DNA of 64,000 nt from a virus (lineage: Duplodnaviria > Heunggongvirae > Uroviricota > Caudoviricetes), in IMG/VR virus record IMGVR_UViG_3300029922_000006. One strand, 5' to 3'. The notes under the pieces were generated by a model that was given only the letters and a program-made list of their open reading frames with translations, was not told where the DNA came from and did not search any database. The translations under genes and the position numbers were made by a program. Positions 24,172 through 34,021 of the stretch are shown here, piece after piece. The stretch's first letter is position 1. Each line of letters begins with the position of its first letter.

Positions 24172-24746
24172 TGAAGACATGTAGCAAATGTAAGCAAATT
24201 AAAGTTAAAGAAGAATTTGGTAAACATAAGAATGGGAAAAATGGATTAGATTCGAGATGTAAAACATGTTTAACTCAATACAGAAAGAGCATGGTTGCAA
24301 ACTCTAATGTTAGAAATAAAGCATGGTATGAGGCAAACAAGGATCGAAAATCCTTATATAACAAAATCTGGAAAGAAGCAAACTTAGAACATCTTAGTGA
24401 TTATAACAGCGTATACCAAACAAATAGATATAAAACTGACATAGAGTACAAACTAAAAGTAAGTTTAAGATCTAGGCTAAATAAGGCAATTAGTGGTAAT
24501 TATAAGTCTGGTTCTGCTGTAGAGGATTTAGGGTGCACAATTGACGAATTAAAAGTTCATCTCGAGGTACAATTTAAGTCAGGCATGAGTTGGGATAACC
24601 ATGGTAGATTTGGTTGGCACATTGACCATATAGATCCGCTTACCGCATTTGACTTAACTGATCCAGTTCAAGTAAAGACAGCATGCAATTTTAAGAATCT
24701 TCAACCCTTGTGGTGGAAAGAAAACATCTTGAAAGGTGGAGCTTAA
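24171..24746 (+). CDS. HNH homing endonuclease
   Basis: CSKC...CKTC; WHIDHIDP...CNFKNLQPLW..EN; same family as 20004; AT-rich. Confidence 0.85.
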   Translation: MKTCSKCKQIKVKEEFGKHKNGKNGLDSRCKTCLTQYRKSMVANSNVRNKAWYEANKDRKSLYNKIWKEANLEHLSDYNSVYQTNRYKTDIEYKLKVSLRSRLNKAISGNYKSGSAVEDLGCTIDELKVHLEVQFKSGMSWDNHGRFGWHIDHIDPLTAFDLTDPVQVKTACNFKNLQPLWWKENILKGGA

Positions 24747-25491
24747 TATGAGTTTTTGTATGCCGGAGATCGTCGTTGAGAAAGTGCTTGAGTACGGCAT
24801 TAAAGAACTGCGCAACAACAAACGTGCATTCTACGACCTGTTCGCTCAGTTCACGCAAGATGAACTTAATTTAGACTATGGTCCCAAGTACTTAGACGAC
24901 ATCTGGAAGTGGTTCAGCACCACCAAGATTCCGGTCGTAAAGGCCTGGTCGTTCAATACCCAAGTTATCCCCTGCATCTCGGTTCACTTAGCTAACGAGA
25001 CTGAGGATGAGAGCAAGGCCTCTATCGGCGACATCGCTGGTGACTTTGGTGGATTCGCTGAAATCAACACTGGGGTGTTCACTGTTATGGTGGACATCGG
25101 TATCCATGCCAACAAGGCTGGCGACCACGTTCTCTGGCTGTATTACATTGTTGCTTATATCCTGTTCAAACATAAGCTTATGGCTCATCGCCTGGGCTTG
25201 AAGCTCCATACGTTCTCTGCTTCTGATTACAACAAGGAACAGACTAAGATGACAGATAATATCTGGACTCGCTGGGTTCGCTTCCGTTGCACTACAGAGA
25301 ACTTTTGGGAAGCTGAGCCTTTCAAAGAGATTTTGGCCATCAATACTGACCCCGCGGTCGGACTGGTTCCATCTGAGGATATCGCAGCCAGCATGGACGT
25401 TGATTTGACTAAGGTTAATAGAACAGAGAACCAAGGAATCAAAGTCGACCGTATTGGCGACTTAGATGATTCAGAAGATTTAGAGACTTAA
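24736..25491 (+). CDS. putative tail completion/terminator protein
   Basis: PCISVHLANETE pattern; upstream of sheath; start likely 24748. Confidence 0.55.
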   Translation: MELNMSFCMPEIVVEKVLEYGIKELRNNKRAFYDLFAQFTQDELNLDYGPKYLDDIWKWFSTTKIPVVKAWSFNTQVIPCISVHLANETEDESKASIGDIAGDFGGFAEINTGVFTVMVDIGIHANKAGDHVLWLYYIVAYILFKHKLMAHRLGLKLHTFSASDYNKEQTKMTDNIWTRWVRFRCTTENFWEAEPFKEILAINTDPAVGLVPSEDIAASMDVDLTKVNRTENQGIKVDRIGDLDDSEDLET

Positions 25492-25529
25492 GTGGTATAT
25501 CCAGTTAAAATAGAGAGTAAGGAGCTTAT

Positions 25530-25808
25530 ATGAGCAAAAAGTGGAAACACAGAGATAAAGACGGACGCGAGGTCATTGAAGACGTCGCCGATGATGCAGT
25601 CATTGCTGAAGAATCAGCTCCTGAAGAAGTCATCGAAATTCCGATGGTTGACTTCGATGGATGGTATGGTGCACGTCGCAGCCGTATCCCTGTTCATCAC
25701 CATAAAGAGATTTTGAAGGCTGATTTCAAAGCCCGCAAAATGCCGGTTATGGGTACGATGGCACAGTTTGATGAAATGTTGAAACTATATGGTGTGAAGC
25801 TAGCATAA
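25530..25808 (+). CDS. hypothetical protein
   Basis: AAGGAG SD; TAAAAT at 25506-11. Confidence 0.7.
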   Translation: MSKKWKHRDKDGREVIEDVADDAVIAEESAPEEVIEIPMVDFDGWYGARRSRIPVHHHKEILKADFKARKMPVMGTMAQFDEMLKLYGVKLA

Positions 25809-25871
25809 TTCTAGCTAAGCATCTATGTTATAATTGGGTGAGATACATACTTGACTCAGGAGACTTAACAC

Positions 25872-28112
25872 ATGGCAATTAATGTAAGCTTTAATGGTGC
25901 TACCATTTACAAACCAGGTGCTTACTCACAAGTAGAGATTGATCTCGGCGGAGGCTTCCCGTTAAGCCCTACCGGAATCATCGCTCTCTTTGGAGAAGCA
26001 GACGCGGGTGCTCCTGGCTCCGCAGAACCGAATCTTGCAAACAACGTTTTCGGTCCAGATCAATACAACCAAATTTTGGCTAAGTACGGTTCTGGTAACA
26101 TCGTTGATGCATGTAACTTCTTGTTTGCTCCGGGCGCTGATGGCGCAATTCCGGGTGGCGCACAAGCTGTGTACATCTACAAGACAAACGCTTCTACTCA
26201 AGCAACGCTTGATCCGATTGCTGCTGGCGCAACTCCTTTCGGAATGTTGCAGTCACAAGCATACGGCGTCGGAGGTAACCTTGTTACTTTCAAAAACACT
26301 ATCACTCCAGAAGGACAAGCTGTTCTGACGAGCGCTGTTATCACTTTCCCTGTTGTTGTTACAACCGGAACAAATGATACTCTCGCTTACTCGTTGAACG
26401 GTGGTGCTCCTGCTACTGCGACTGTTGCTGCTGACTCTTACGCTTCTGCTGCTGCTCTTGCTACGGCATTGAACACTGCACTCGGCGCAAACACTATGGT
26501 TGCTGCTGCTGGAACTGTAGCTAACACAATCACTTTGACTCAAGCAATTGCTTCGAACCCACAACGTAATGGTTACGGTCGTTCGATGCAGCTTGGTTCA
26601 GGAAACATCAGCACAAGCATCGGACTTTCGTCTAACGCTTTCGCTGCTGCTGCTTCTGAGCCTATGGCTACTCTGGTTGTTGCAAACCCTGTTTCGACTC
26701 TTACTGAGAGCGCAACTGTTGGTGGAGACATTCCTTTGTCGATCGGTCGTTCTGCAACTGGTGGCGTAACTGCTGCTTCAGTTACTATCGGAGCTACTGC
26801 GATCACGCTGACTCAAACTGGTGCTACTCCTGCTTCGTACAGCCTCCCAATCGCTAACTTCCCTTCTATTCAGTCTGTTGCTTCTTTCATCAACACTCTG
26901 TCAGGATGGAGTGCTTCAGTAGAGAGCGTTCAAATCGGTCTTCAACCGATCACTGTTCTCGACCAAGTTTCAGCTGTTGGCGCTTTGTACAGCGGCGCAA
27001 CTGCTCAACAACCTGCTCGCATCAAAATGGATGCAAGTGAAGTTGTTGGCTTCTTCGCTGCAAGCACACAAGTTAACCTGGTTCCTTCGGTTTCTGCTTC
27101 GCAAACTGCAGTAAAAACTGTTGGTCTTCCAGATCAACAAGGCGTTCCAAACGCTCTCTACCTCACTGGTGGAGTTCTTGGAGCAACTGCTTCTGCTGAC
27201 ATCGTTAACGCATTGAGCAAGTTTGAGAAATTCCGCGTTAACGCGGTTGTTCCTTTGTTCTCGCGTGATGCTTCACAAGACATCCTTGATGAAGTTACTG
27301 ACCCGTCTTCGACTTACACTATTGCTGCTGTTCACCAAGCTGTGAAAACTCACTGCTCGTTGATGGCGACTACTAAGAAAAAGTCTGAGCGTCAAGGTTA
27401 CTTGTCGATGAAGGACACGTACGCAAACTGTAAATCTGAGATCGCTACTACTGCTGACGCACGTCAACAGATGGTCATCCAAGATATCCGTCAAGCTGAT
27501 TCTGCTGGTAACATCCAGTGGTTCCAACCTTGGGCTGGAGCTTGTTTGCTCGCTGGTGCTCGCGGCGGTTCGCCTGTCGGTAACCCGATGACATTCAAAT
27601 ATTTCAACATGTCTGGTATCCGCCAGACTGGTCAATTGCTCTCGACTGCTGAGCAGAACATTGTTATCGACTTCGATCCAGATGTCGCATACGATGACGC
27701 TATCCAAAATGGCGTTACGTTCTGGGAAGCACCACAAACTGGTGGATTCCGCCTCGTTGTCGATAACACGACCTACGGTAAAGATGGAAACTGGGTATAC
27801 AACCGTGCCCACGTTCTCTACGCTTCCGATGTCCTTGCTTATGACTTCCGTAACCAATTAGAGAACATCTACATTGGTCTGAAGAACACTGTGAACGCTG
27901 TCGAAGTTCAATCGACTTGCGCAGCTATCTTGGCTACTTACCTGGCACAAGGAATCACGGTTTCTACTTCTGACGCGAAAAACGGCTACAAAGCCCTTGT
28001 AGTTCAGATCAACGGAAACACGATCAATGTATCGGTAACTGTTAAGCTTGTTGAAGGTATCGACTTTATCTTGGCTAACATCACTCTGCAAAGAGCTAGT
28101 TCGTCAACATAA
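25872..28112 (+). CDS. contractile tail sheath protein
   Basis: MAINVSFNGATIYKPGAYS N-terminus, IIALFGEA..G, sheath-type C-terminus; extended -10 TGT-TATAAT 25826-34. Confidence 0.9.
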   Translation: MAINVSFNGATIYKPGAYSQVEIDLGGGFPLSPTGIIALFGEADAGAPGSAEPNLANNVFGPDQYNQILAKYGSGNIVDACNFLFAPGADGAIPGGAQAVYIYKTNASTQATLDPIAAGATPFGMLQSQAYGVGGNLVTFKNTITPEGQAVLTSAVITFPVVVTTGTNDTLAYSLNGGAPATATVAADSYASAAALATALNTALGANTMVAAAGTVANTITLTQAIASNPQRNGYGRSMQLGSGNISTSIGLSSNAFAAAASEPMATLVVANPVSTLTESATVGGDIPLSIGRSATGGVTAASVTIGATAITLTQTGATPASYSLPIANFPSIQSVASFINTLSGWSASVESVQIGLQPITVLDQVSAVGALYSGATAQQPARIKMDASEVVGFFAASTQVNLVPSVSASQTAVKTVGLPDQQGVPNALYLTGGVLGATASADIVNALSKFEKFRVNAVVPLFSRDASQDILDEVTDPSSTYTIAAVHQAVKTHCSLMATTKKKSERQGYLSMKDTYANCKSEIATTADARQQMVIQDIRQADSAGNIQWFQPWAGACLLAGARGGSPVGNPMTFKYFNMSGIRQTGQLLSTAEQNIVIDFDPDVAYDDAIQNGVTFWEAPQTGGFRLVVDNTTYGKDGNWVYNRAHVLYASDVLAYDFRNQLENIYIGLKNTVNAVEVQSTCAAILATYLAQGITVSTSDAKNGYKALVVQINGNTINVSVTVKLVEGIDFILANITLQRASSST

Positions 28113-28136
28113 TCAAGACTCTGAGTTAGTATCTAG

Positions 28137-28170
28137 AAGGCCCGGTGGAAACACTGGGCCTTTTTCTTTT
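28137..28170 (+). terminator. intrinsic terminator
   Basis: AAGGCCCGGTG-GAAA-CACTGGGCCTT plus TTTTTCTTTT. Confidence 0.85.
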
Positions 28171-28267
28171 CTTAACTTAGTTTGGTGTATAGTATTCTCA
28201 TGGGTTGCATAGTGCAGCCTCAAAAAATGGATGGTACTGGTCAACCACAAGACCAAAAGGAAAAAGT

Positions 28268-28831
28268 ATGGCAGCAAAGATGCCCTCATTTATCACAGGT
28301 GCGAATGCGAAGATTAAAGTAGGCGGTAAGACGTTTGCTTATGCTTCGGATGTCTCTTATCAAGTATCGGTAGACACCATTCCGATCGAAACTATGGGTC
28401 GTTACGAAGCAGTGTCGAACGAACCGGTTAACTACTCTGTTGCAGGAGAGTTAAGCGTTGTTCGTTATACCGCTATCGCAAACCAAAACGGTATGCCCGG
28501 AACGAACTCGACTGGTAACGGTCTTGGTGAAGTTAACTACACTACTGGCGGAAACGGCAGTTTTGAAATTAACCCAGGTAACATTTTGCTTTCGCAAACA
28601 TGGGACCTCGCCGTATTCCAAAAAACACAGACTGGCGCAACGGCTGGTGGCGGAACTGCTCAGGTTACTGATGCTGTTCAGTTCATCACGATCGCTGACT
28701 GCCGTTTCAACCGTAAGAGCGCAGCGTTGAACAAACGCGGTATCTTGGTTGATCGTCTTTCGTTCGTTGGAATTCTTGCTAGTGACGACAGCTTCGAAGC
28801 GTCGAACTCTGGCGATACAGACTTGTCGTAA
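28268..28831 (+). CDS. tail tube protein 1
   Basis: start MAAKMPSFITGANAKI at 28268 (AAGG SD); tube-like beta pattern; follows sheath. Confidence 0.8.
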   Translation: MAAKMPSFITGANAKIKVGGKTFAYASDVSYQVSVDTIPIETMGRYEAVSNEPVNYSVAGELSVVRYTAIANQNGMPGTNSTGNGLGEVNYTTGGNGSFEINPGNILLSQTWDLAVFQKTQTGATAGGGTAQVTDAVQFITIADCRFNRKSAALNKRGILVDRLSFVGILASDDSFEASNSGDTDLS

Positions 28832-28849
28832 TTTTAAGGAGCAGTACGG

Positions 28850-29533
28850 ATGGCCGCAGTTCGCCCATTCTTCATTACAGGTGCTAACGCAAAGGTTGTC
28901 TTGAACGGCAAGACTATGGCCTTCTGTACTGATCTCTCTTACTCTGTATCTATTCTCACTCAAACACCCAAAATTCTTGGGATGTACGAAGGCTCGTCAG
29001 TCGAGCCTCTCGGTTACTCTGTGACTGGCTCCTTCACAGTAATTCGCTACGCTAAAGATGCTCACTCGAACATTGGTGCAGTAGCTCCTGGCTTGATCAC
29101 TCCTAACGATGCTGGTAACGGTATTGGTAACTGGGGCGCAGCTTGGGGCGGCGGACTTGGAAGCTTCCTCGCTGCTAACGGCGTAGGAAATGATGGTCGT
29201 CCAAACGAGAACATGGACCCAAGCAAGCTTCAAAACGGTACTACTTTTGACATTCAAGTTTATCAGAAGATTCCAGCTCCTCAAAACAGCTCTTCAACTG
29301 ATCAACAGCTCGGTAATGATGTCACTAATGTTCTTAATGCAATTACCGGCGATTCAACACAGACTGGAAACATCATTGGTGTGGCCAATCTTCGTTCTTG
29401 CAGAATCACTCAAGCTGACTTTAGTATAACTAAAAAAGGCGCAGCGATTCAGCGTTTTAACTTTGTTGCTCTGTACGCAGACGAAGATAGCTTCGTAGCT
29501 AACTTCTCAGGTACTGGTCAACAAAATACTTGA
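28850..29533 (+). CDS. tail tube protein 2 (paralogue)
   Basis: FITGANAK..., G.YE...EP..YSV.GS..V.RY shared with tube 1. Confidence 0.75.
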   Translation: MAAVRPFFITGANAKVVLNGKTMAFCTDLSYSVSILTQTPKILGMYEGSSVEPLGYSVTGSFTVIRYAKDAHSNIGAVAPGLITPNDAGNGIGNWGAAWGGGLGSFLAANGVGNDGRPNENMDPSKLQNGTTFDIQVYQKIPAPQNSSSTDQQLGNDVTNVLNAITGDSTQTGNIIGVANLRSCRITQADFSITKKGAAIQRFNFVALYADEDSFVANFSGTGQQNT

Positions 29534-29540
29534 GGTTTAG

Positions 29541-30167
29541 ATGTCAGGTTTTAATAACCAACCAGGCTTAGTACAAGGACTCGCAGATAATCTAGCACAG
29601 AATATCTCTGGGATCATTTCTACAAAGCAGACAGCTAAATACGCTTCAGGTGCTCGTACTGTTCTGAAGATCAACGGAAAGCCATGCGGTTTCGCATTCG
29701 GCGTATCGTGGAGAATCAACACTACAGTATCTGAGATCATGACTATCGATGATTACATGCCGGCAGAACTAGTTCCTCAGCGTATCAGCGTCGAAGGTAC
29801 TATCAGTGCTTTGCATATTCCTGGACAAGGAGTTGGTGTACAGCTCTGGCAACCAGACGCTCTTAACTTCCTGTTCCAACAGTATATCACTATTGAAGTG
29901 CGTGACTCTGCAACAGATCAACTCTTATTCTTCACTGCACGGGCTATGATCACTAGCAGAGCAGAAGAACTTCGTGTTGACTCACTTGCCAATGTTACAC
30001 TCAGTTTTAAAGCAATCGGCTTCCAAGACGAGCGCGTTCCTCAGCAAGCTGACGACGTTAATGGAGCTCAGCAAACGACTAGTGCGTTTGTTCTGCCTAA
30101 CGTTCCTTCACGCCTTGACGAGATCCCGTTTAATCCGACTTCTGGTGTTCCTACCCTTACTGCATAA
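29541..30167 (+). CDS. tail tube-like protein 3
   Basis: SGARTVLKING...GFAFGVSW...ELVP..ISVEGTISAL, diverged tube pattern. Confidence 0.7.
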   Translation: MSGFNNQPGLVQGLADNLAQNISGIISTKQTAKYASGARTVLKINGKPCGFAFGVSWRINTTVSEIMTIDDYMPAELVPQRISVEGTISALHIPGQGVGVQLWQPDALNFLFQQYITIEVRDSATDQLLFFTARAMITSRAEELRVDSLANVTLSFKAIGFQDERVPQQADDVNGAQQTTSAFVLPNVPSRLDEIPFNPTSGVPTLTA

Positions 30168-30215
30168 ACTTGCAGTTCTTAAGGTATAATGACTTCTATA
30201 CGCTATAGGAGCATT

Positions 30216-30614
30216 ATGGACTTACCAAGTAAAGAAAAGACTTTTTCATTCGACCATACCGGTCTCGATACTGGTAAAGAATACAAAGGGCAGTTTACTG
30301 TCTTGTGTCTTCTTAACGTAGGCCAGAAGCACCAGCTCTCTCTTGAGAAGACGCGGCTTCTTGGAAACTATGCAACGCCAACTGATGACCTGGCTGGATT
30401 CGCAGTTATCCTGGCTAATCTTCGTGCTAAGATTGTTGATGCCCCCGAGTGGTGGAAGCAGTCACAAGGTGGCGCTACAATTGACGACGAAGACGCTCTT
30501 GTAACCTTATATCGTAAGCTAGAAGAAGCGGAGCTACAATGGAAAGCCGATTTAAAAAAGAAGACGGAAGCGATCCCGGAACAACCGAAGAATCCAACGT
30601 CCTCGAATCCATAA
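30216..30614 (+). CDS. tail assembly chaperone (G-like)
   Basis: start MDLPSK at 30216 after AGGAG; between tube and tape measure. Confidence 0.7.
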   Translation: MDLPSKEKTFSFDHTGLDTGKEYKGQFTVLCLLNVGQKHQLSLEKTRLLGNYATPTDDLAGFAVILANLRAKIVDAPEWWKQSQGGATIDDEDALVTLYRKLEEAELQWKADLKKKTEAIPEQPKNPTSSNP

Positions 30615-31051
30615 GAAAAATAGCTCAGTTTAATGCTAGATCACCACTAGATACAGAGGAGCAGTTATTACTGTTCCTTCAGTCGTGGTGGTCTAAGCTC
30701 TATAATCGTCCCCTCAAAGATCCCGTACTACTCTCATACACACTAGAAGAGCTCATTTATGAGTTCTATGACCGCATTGAGCGAGATAAAGCTGAACAAG
30801 AGCGTCTTGAGCAAGATGATGTTAAAATAGAAGTTGAGAAAGAGAAAGCTGATATGGATTGGGCAGAGCGGATGGAGCGTGAAGAACGCGAAGCCGAAAT
30901 GCGCGAACAGGCAGCTAAGGCTAATCAGCCTACTCCAGATCCAACAAAAGATCCTGCCAACATCAAGTGGATGGAAGAGCAGATGGCCCAAGCGAAAGCT
31001 CAGTTTGGTCAGTCTTTTGGAGAAGACATAGACGAAACGTTTGAGGATTAG
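30539..31051 (+). CDS. tail assembly chaperone frameshift extension (T-like)
   Basis: -1 frame relative to 30216 ORF, no SD, ends at tape measure. Confidence 0.7.
   Translation: MESRFKKEDGSDPGTTEESNVLESIRKIAQFNARSPLDTEEQLLLFLQSWWSKLYNRPLKDPVLLSYTLEELIYEFYDRIERDKAEQERLEQDDVKIEVEKEKADMDWAERMEREEREAEMREQAAKANQPTPDPTKDPANIKWMEEQMAQAKAQFGQSFGEDIDETFED
30551..30560 (+). other. programmed -1 ribosomal frameshift site
   Basis: TTTAAAAAAG contains T-TTA-AAA and A-AAA-AAG heptamers in the chaperone frame; the -1 frame is open to 31051. Confidence 0.75.
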
Positions 31052-31053
31052 AG

Positions 31054-33999
31054 ATGGCGGACAACAAGACACCAGGCAATAAGCCGATGAATAGTTTCGG
31101 CTTGTCCGATATCGAAAAGATCGGACAGACCGCCTATTTCACTCCAAAGTCAGAACAGCATGAGAGAATGCGCGCAGCAACTGCTCAAGAGCAGTTGAAC
31201 TTATTGCAAGATATTCCTGAAGATGTTATCGCTGGCTCAGGAGCAATGTCTCGCATCGCCAAGACTGCTCCGAATACTCTTCGCTCTGCAGAGACTCGCA
31301 TTGAGTCATCTGTCGGAAGTCGTCTTGATCGCGCTAACTTACAAGTTGTAAATGCTATTGGTCGTCGCTATGCTGAGTCTACAATTAACGGGCAAGCAAA
31401 ACGTATGGCCGAAGACAGAGATGTTCAATCACGCTCTCTAGGGATGATGGGTTCTTCTTATGAAGACCTTAATCAACGCAGAGATACTATCAATGGTCAG
31501 ATTCAAGAATTAGGTAACCAGAGTGCTTACGCTGCTCGCGGATTATTCGGCGAACAAGGTAAACGTGGAAACCAGTCTAGAATCATCAGTCAGAATGCTC
31601 AGACCGCGTTCAGTAAGACACAAGAGATCGCAGCGATCGATGTTGCACAACGTGCAATGCGTCAGTCTGGCAATGATCCTCTGTCTAAATACGAGAATTT
31701 AACTGCCACAGGAAAAGCTGCACAAGACATGATGAGTGCTAAGGCGCTCGGCAGTGAAATTGCTTCTGGTGGAGTCAATGTAAGTCGTGATGGTAGACAA
31801 GAGAAGGTTGCTAACAAAGATATTGGTTCTGCTCTTGGAGCTGAAGCCGAAAAGCTTTCTAAGATCTTCGAACAGATGGCTAAGACTGGCCAAGACAATA
31901 TTGAAGCACTCTCTTCACTTCGTAAGCAAGCTGAAGAGTCTGCTCAGAACTTTGAGAAGCTGAAACAAGCACAAGGTGCTGGCGGCGGCAATAACTACGG
32001 ACAGTACGCTCAGTATGCGCAAGCAGCTGGTGGTATGTTCAATGCTGCAGGCTCTGCTATTCAACAGATTGGCGTTAATCAACGCTTAGGTCAAGTTGGA
32101 AACGTTCAAGGCTTCTCTAACATTGAAAATAACAAGTACGATATGTACAAGTCTGGTCGTGGCGGAGATGTAATGTCTCAGATGCTGCTTGGCCAGTACG
32201 GTAAAGCCGAACAGTTCGGTAGCGAACTTCATACAGCGACTAACGTAGCTAACACTGCTTTCCTTGCAGGATCTGCTGCAACAGGTGTTGCTGGTGGATT
32301 CCAGATGGCAGAAGCCGGAGCACAGAAAGCTAACCCATTAGCTTATGCTTCGGGCGCATCAACTTCAAATACTCAAGCTATGCTTGGTGGAGCACAAAAC
32401 GTCGTTCAAGGCGTTGCAGGTGTTGCTACTACTGGCATGGATATGTACCGTGGCGTCTCTGCTGGACAAGCTCAGATCCAAGGAACACAAGCTCAGATGG
32501 AAGCTCGTCGTGCAGTACTTAAAGTACAAGCCGAACAGCTTCAAGGGTTCCGTGACTTCGGTGTAGGCATGGGCGTTGCGGCTCAAGGCATGGGCGGACG
32601 CGGTGAAGCATTCCTTCAGAACAGCATGTCCGATAAGAGCATGCAGAACATGGTCGGTGCCCGTATGTCTCCTGAGCAAATGGCTCAGATGTCTGCGTCT
32701 GGCGTTTCATCTATGGGAAGTCAATTCCAGACTTCACAAGTATTTGCAGCTCGTAATCTAGAACGCTCTGGTAACGGATCGATGGCTGAGAACATGCAGC
32801 GGATGGCTTCTTTGGCTGGTGCAGGATCTAACAATCCGCAAGCTGGATTATCCTCTGTTCTCGAATCGGCATTCAGCAAGAGCTTAGATTCTTCTAAAGC
32901 ATTAACCATGGTTGCAGAAAACACTGGTGCATTGGTTGCCAGCGGTTCTGCTAGAGCTATGGGTATTGACACAACTGGTGCAGCTGCTGCTATATCAACT
33001 GCCGGCATAAACAAGAGCGATCCTAACCAGGAATACGCTGTCAACCGCTCTATGCAAGTTCAAGATGTAGTTAACAGAAATGGTACTGACCAAGGTGTTA
33101 ACTTTGCTGCTATGGCAGCTACAGCCCGTATCAACAAGATGACTGGTTTATCAGGAACTCAATCGATCATTGCTCAGGGCTTCTCTGATACTGACCTTCG
33201 TGGTATGCGCGACGAGACTGATAAGTCAAAAGTTGCTGAAGGTCTTCGCATGCGCGGTATCAATGTTAAAGGTGGAGACGATGCGGCTCGCTTAGTTTCT
33301 CAGTTGAGTACAGCTCGTGTTATGACTAACTTGACTCAAGGTGGAACTGGTATCGCTACTGGTGCTTCTCAATATGCTGATAAGTTCGCAAGAGAAGTTG
33401 CTAATGATCCTTCTACTGTTGAGCGCTTAATCGCTGCACAGAAGACTGGTAAATACGAGTCTAACTCACAGAAACAATTCCTTCAATCTTCAGCTGAAGC
33501 TGCTGGCTTACAGAAGGTTGGATTGGATGAGTACTTACGTTCGGCTGCTGGTGTTGTAGGTAAGAGCGATACTAACTCCGTTGGTAAAGCTTCTGATGCA
33601 ATGAAGGACGAAGGCGGATCTGGTACACTCAAGACCCTTGACGATCTTCGTACTTCAGGATTTAAGCAGTTGTCAGAGGCTGCATTGCAGGCTGCATTGC
33701 AAGCTACTAAGAGCTTAGGTGGAACTGCTGCTGCACTAAAGACTCTCGCTGAATTAAGTGGTAACTTTGAAAAGATGGGTGCATCTGGAGCAGAAGGCAA
33801 GTTCTCAACTGCTGCCGGTGACTCTGCTGCTACATTCGGAAGCGCTGCTACTAAGTTTGATGTTGCCGTTGACCGCTTTGCCGGGATCATGGAAAAAGCA
33901 GGTCTTGGAAAAGACTCTACTTCTGATCGCGCAAAGAAGACCATGGATAAAGTTACTAGTTCATCTAGTGGAATCTTAGATAAGAAAAAAGGCCGCTAA
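31054..33999 (+). CDS. tape measure protein
   Basis: 981 aa, Ala/Gly/Gln/Met-rich helical; follows chaperones. Confidence 0.8.
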   Translation: MADNKTPGNKPMNSFGLSDIEKIGQTAYFTPKSEQHERMRAATAQEQLNLLQDIPEDVIAGSGAMSRIAKTAPNTLRSAETRIESSVGSRLDRANLQVVNAIGRRYAESTINGQAKRMAEDRDVQSRSLGMMGSSYEDLNQRRDTINGQIQELGNQSAYAARGLFGEQGKRGNQSRIISQNAQTAFSKTQEIAAIDVAQRAMRQSGNDPLSKYENLTATGKAAQDMMSAKALGSEIASGGVNVSRDGRQEKVANKDIGSALGAEAEKLSKIFEQMAKTGQDNIEALSSLRKQAEESAQNFEKLKQAQGAGGGNNYGQYAQYAQAAGGMFNAAGSAIQQIGVNQRLGQVGNVQGFSNIENNKYDMYKSGRGGDVMSQMLLGQYGKAEQFGSELHTATNVANTAFLAGSAATGVAGGFQMAEAGAQKANPLAYASGASTSNTQAMLGGAQNVVQGVAGVATTGMDMYRGVSAGQAQIQGTQAQMEARRAVLKVQAEQLQGFRDFGVGMGVAAQGMGGRGEAFLQNSMSDKSMQNMVGARMSPEQMAQMSASGVSSMGSQFQTSQVFAARNLERSGNGSMAENMQRMASLAGAGSNNPQAGLSSVLESAFSKSLDSSKALTMVAENTGALVASGSARAMGIDTTGAAAAISTAGINKSDPNQEYAVNRSMQVQDVVNRNGTDQGVNFAAMAATARINKMTGLSGTQSIIAQGFSDTDLRGMRDETDKSKVAEGLRMRGINVKGGDDAARLVSQLSTARVMTNLTQGGTGIATGASQYADKFAREVANDPSTVERLIAAQKTGKYESNSQKQFLQSSAEAAGLQKVGLDEYLRSAAGVVGKSDTNSVGKASDAMKDEGGSGTLKTLDDLRTSGFKQLSEAALQAALQATKSLGGTAAALKTLAELSGNFEKMGASGAEGKFSTAAGDSAATFGSAATKFDVAVDRFAGIMEKAGLGKDSTSDRAKKTMDKVTSSSSGILDKKKGR

Positions 34000-34009
34000 G
34001 TGGAGAAGG

Positions 34010-34015
34010 TAAAAT
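34010..34015 (+). promoter_or_regulatory. -10 box, leaderless-type
   Basis: TAAAAT-N6-ATG(34022). Confidence 0.5.
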
Positions 34016-34021
34016 AAGCTT

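Noticed and set aside
19998-24746. HNH genes as group I intron ORFs
   Set aside because: Flanking genes appear complete, overlaps leave no room for intron core structure, and no split ORF is evident.
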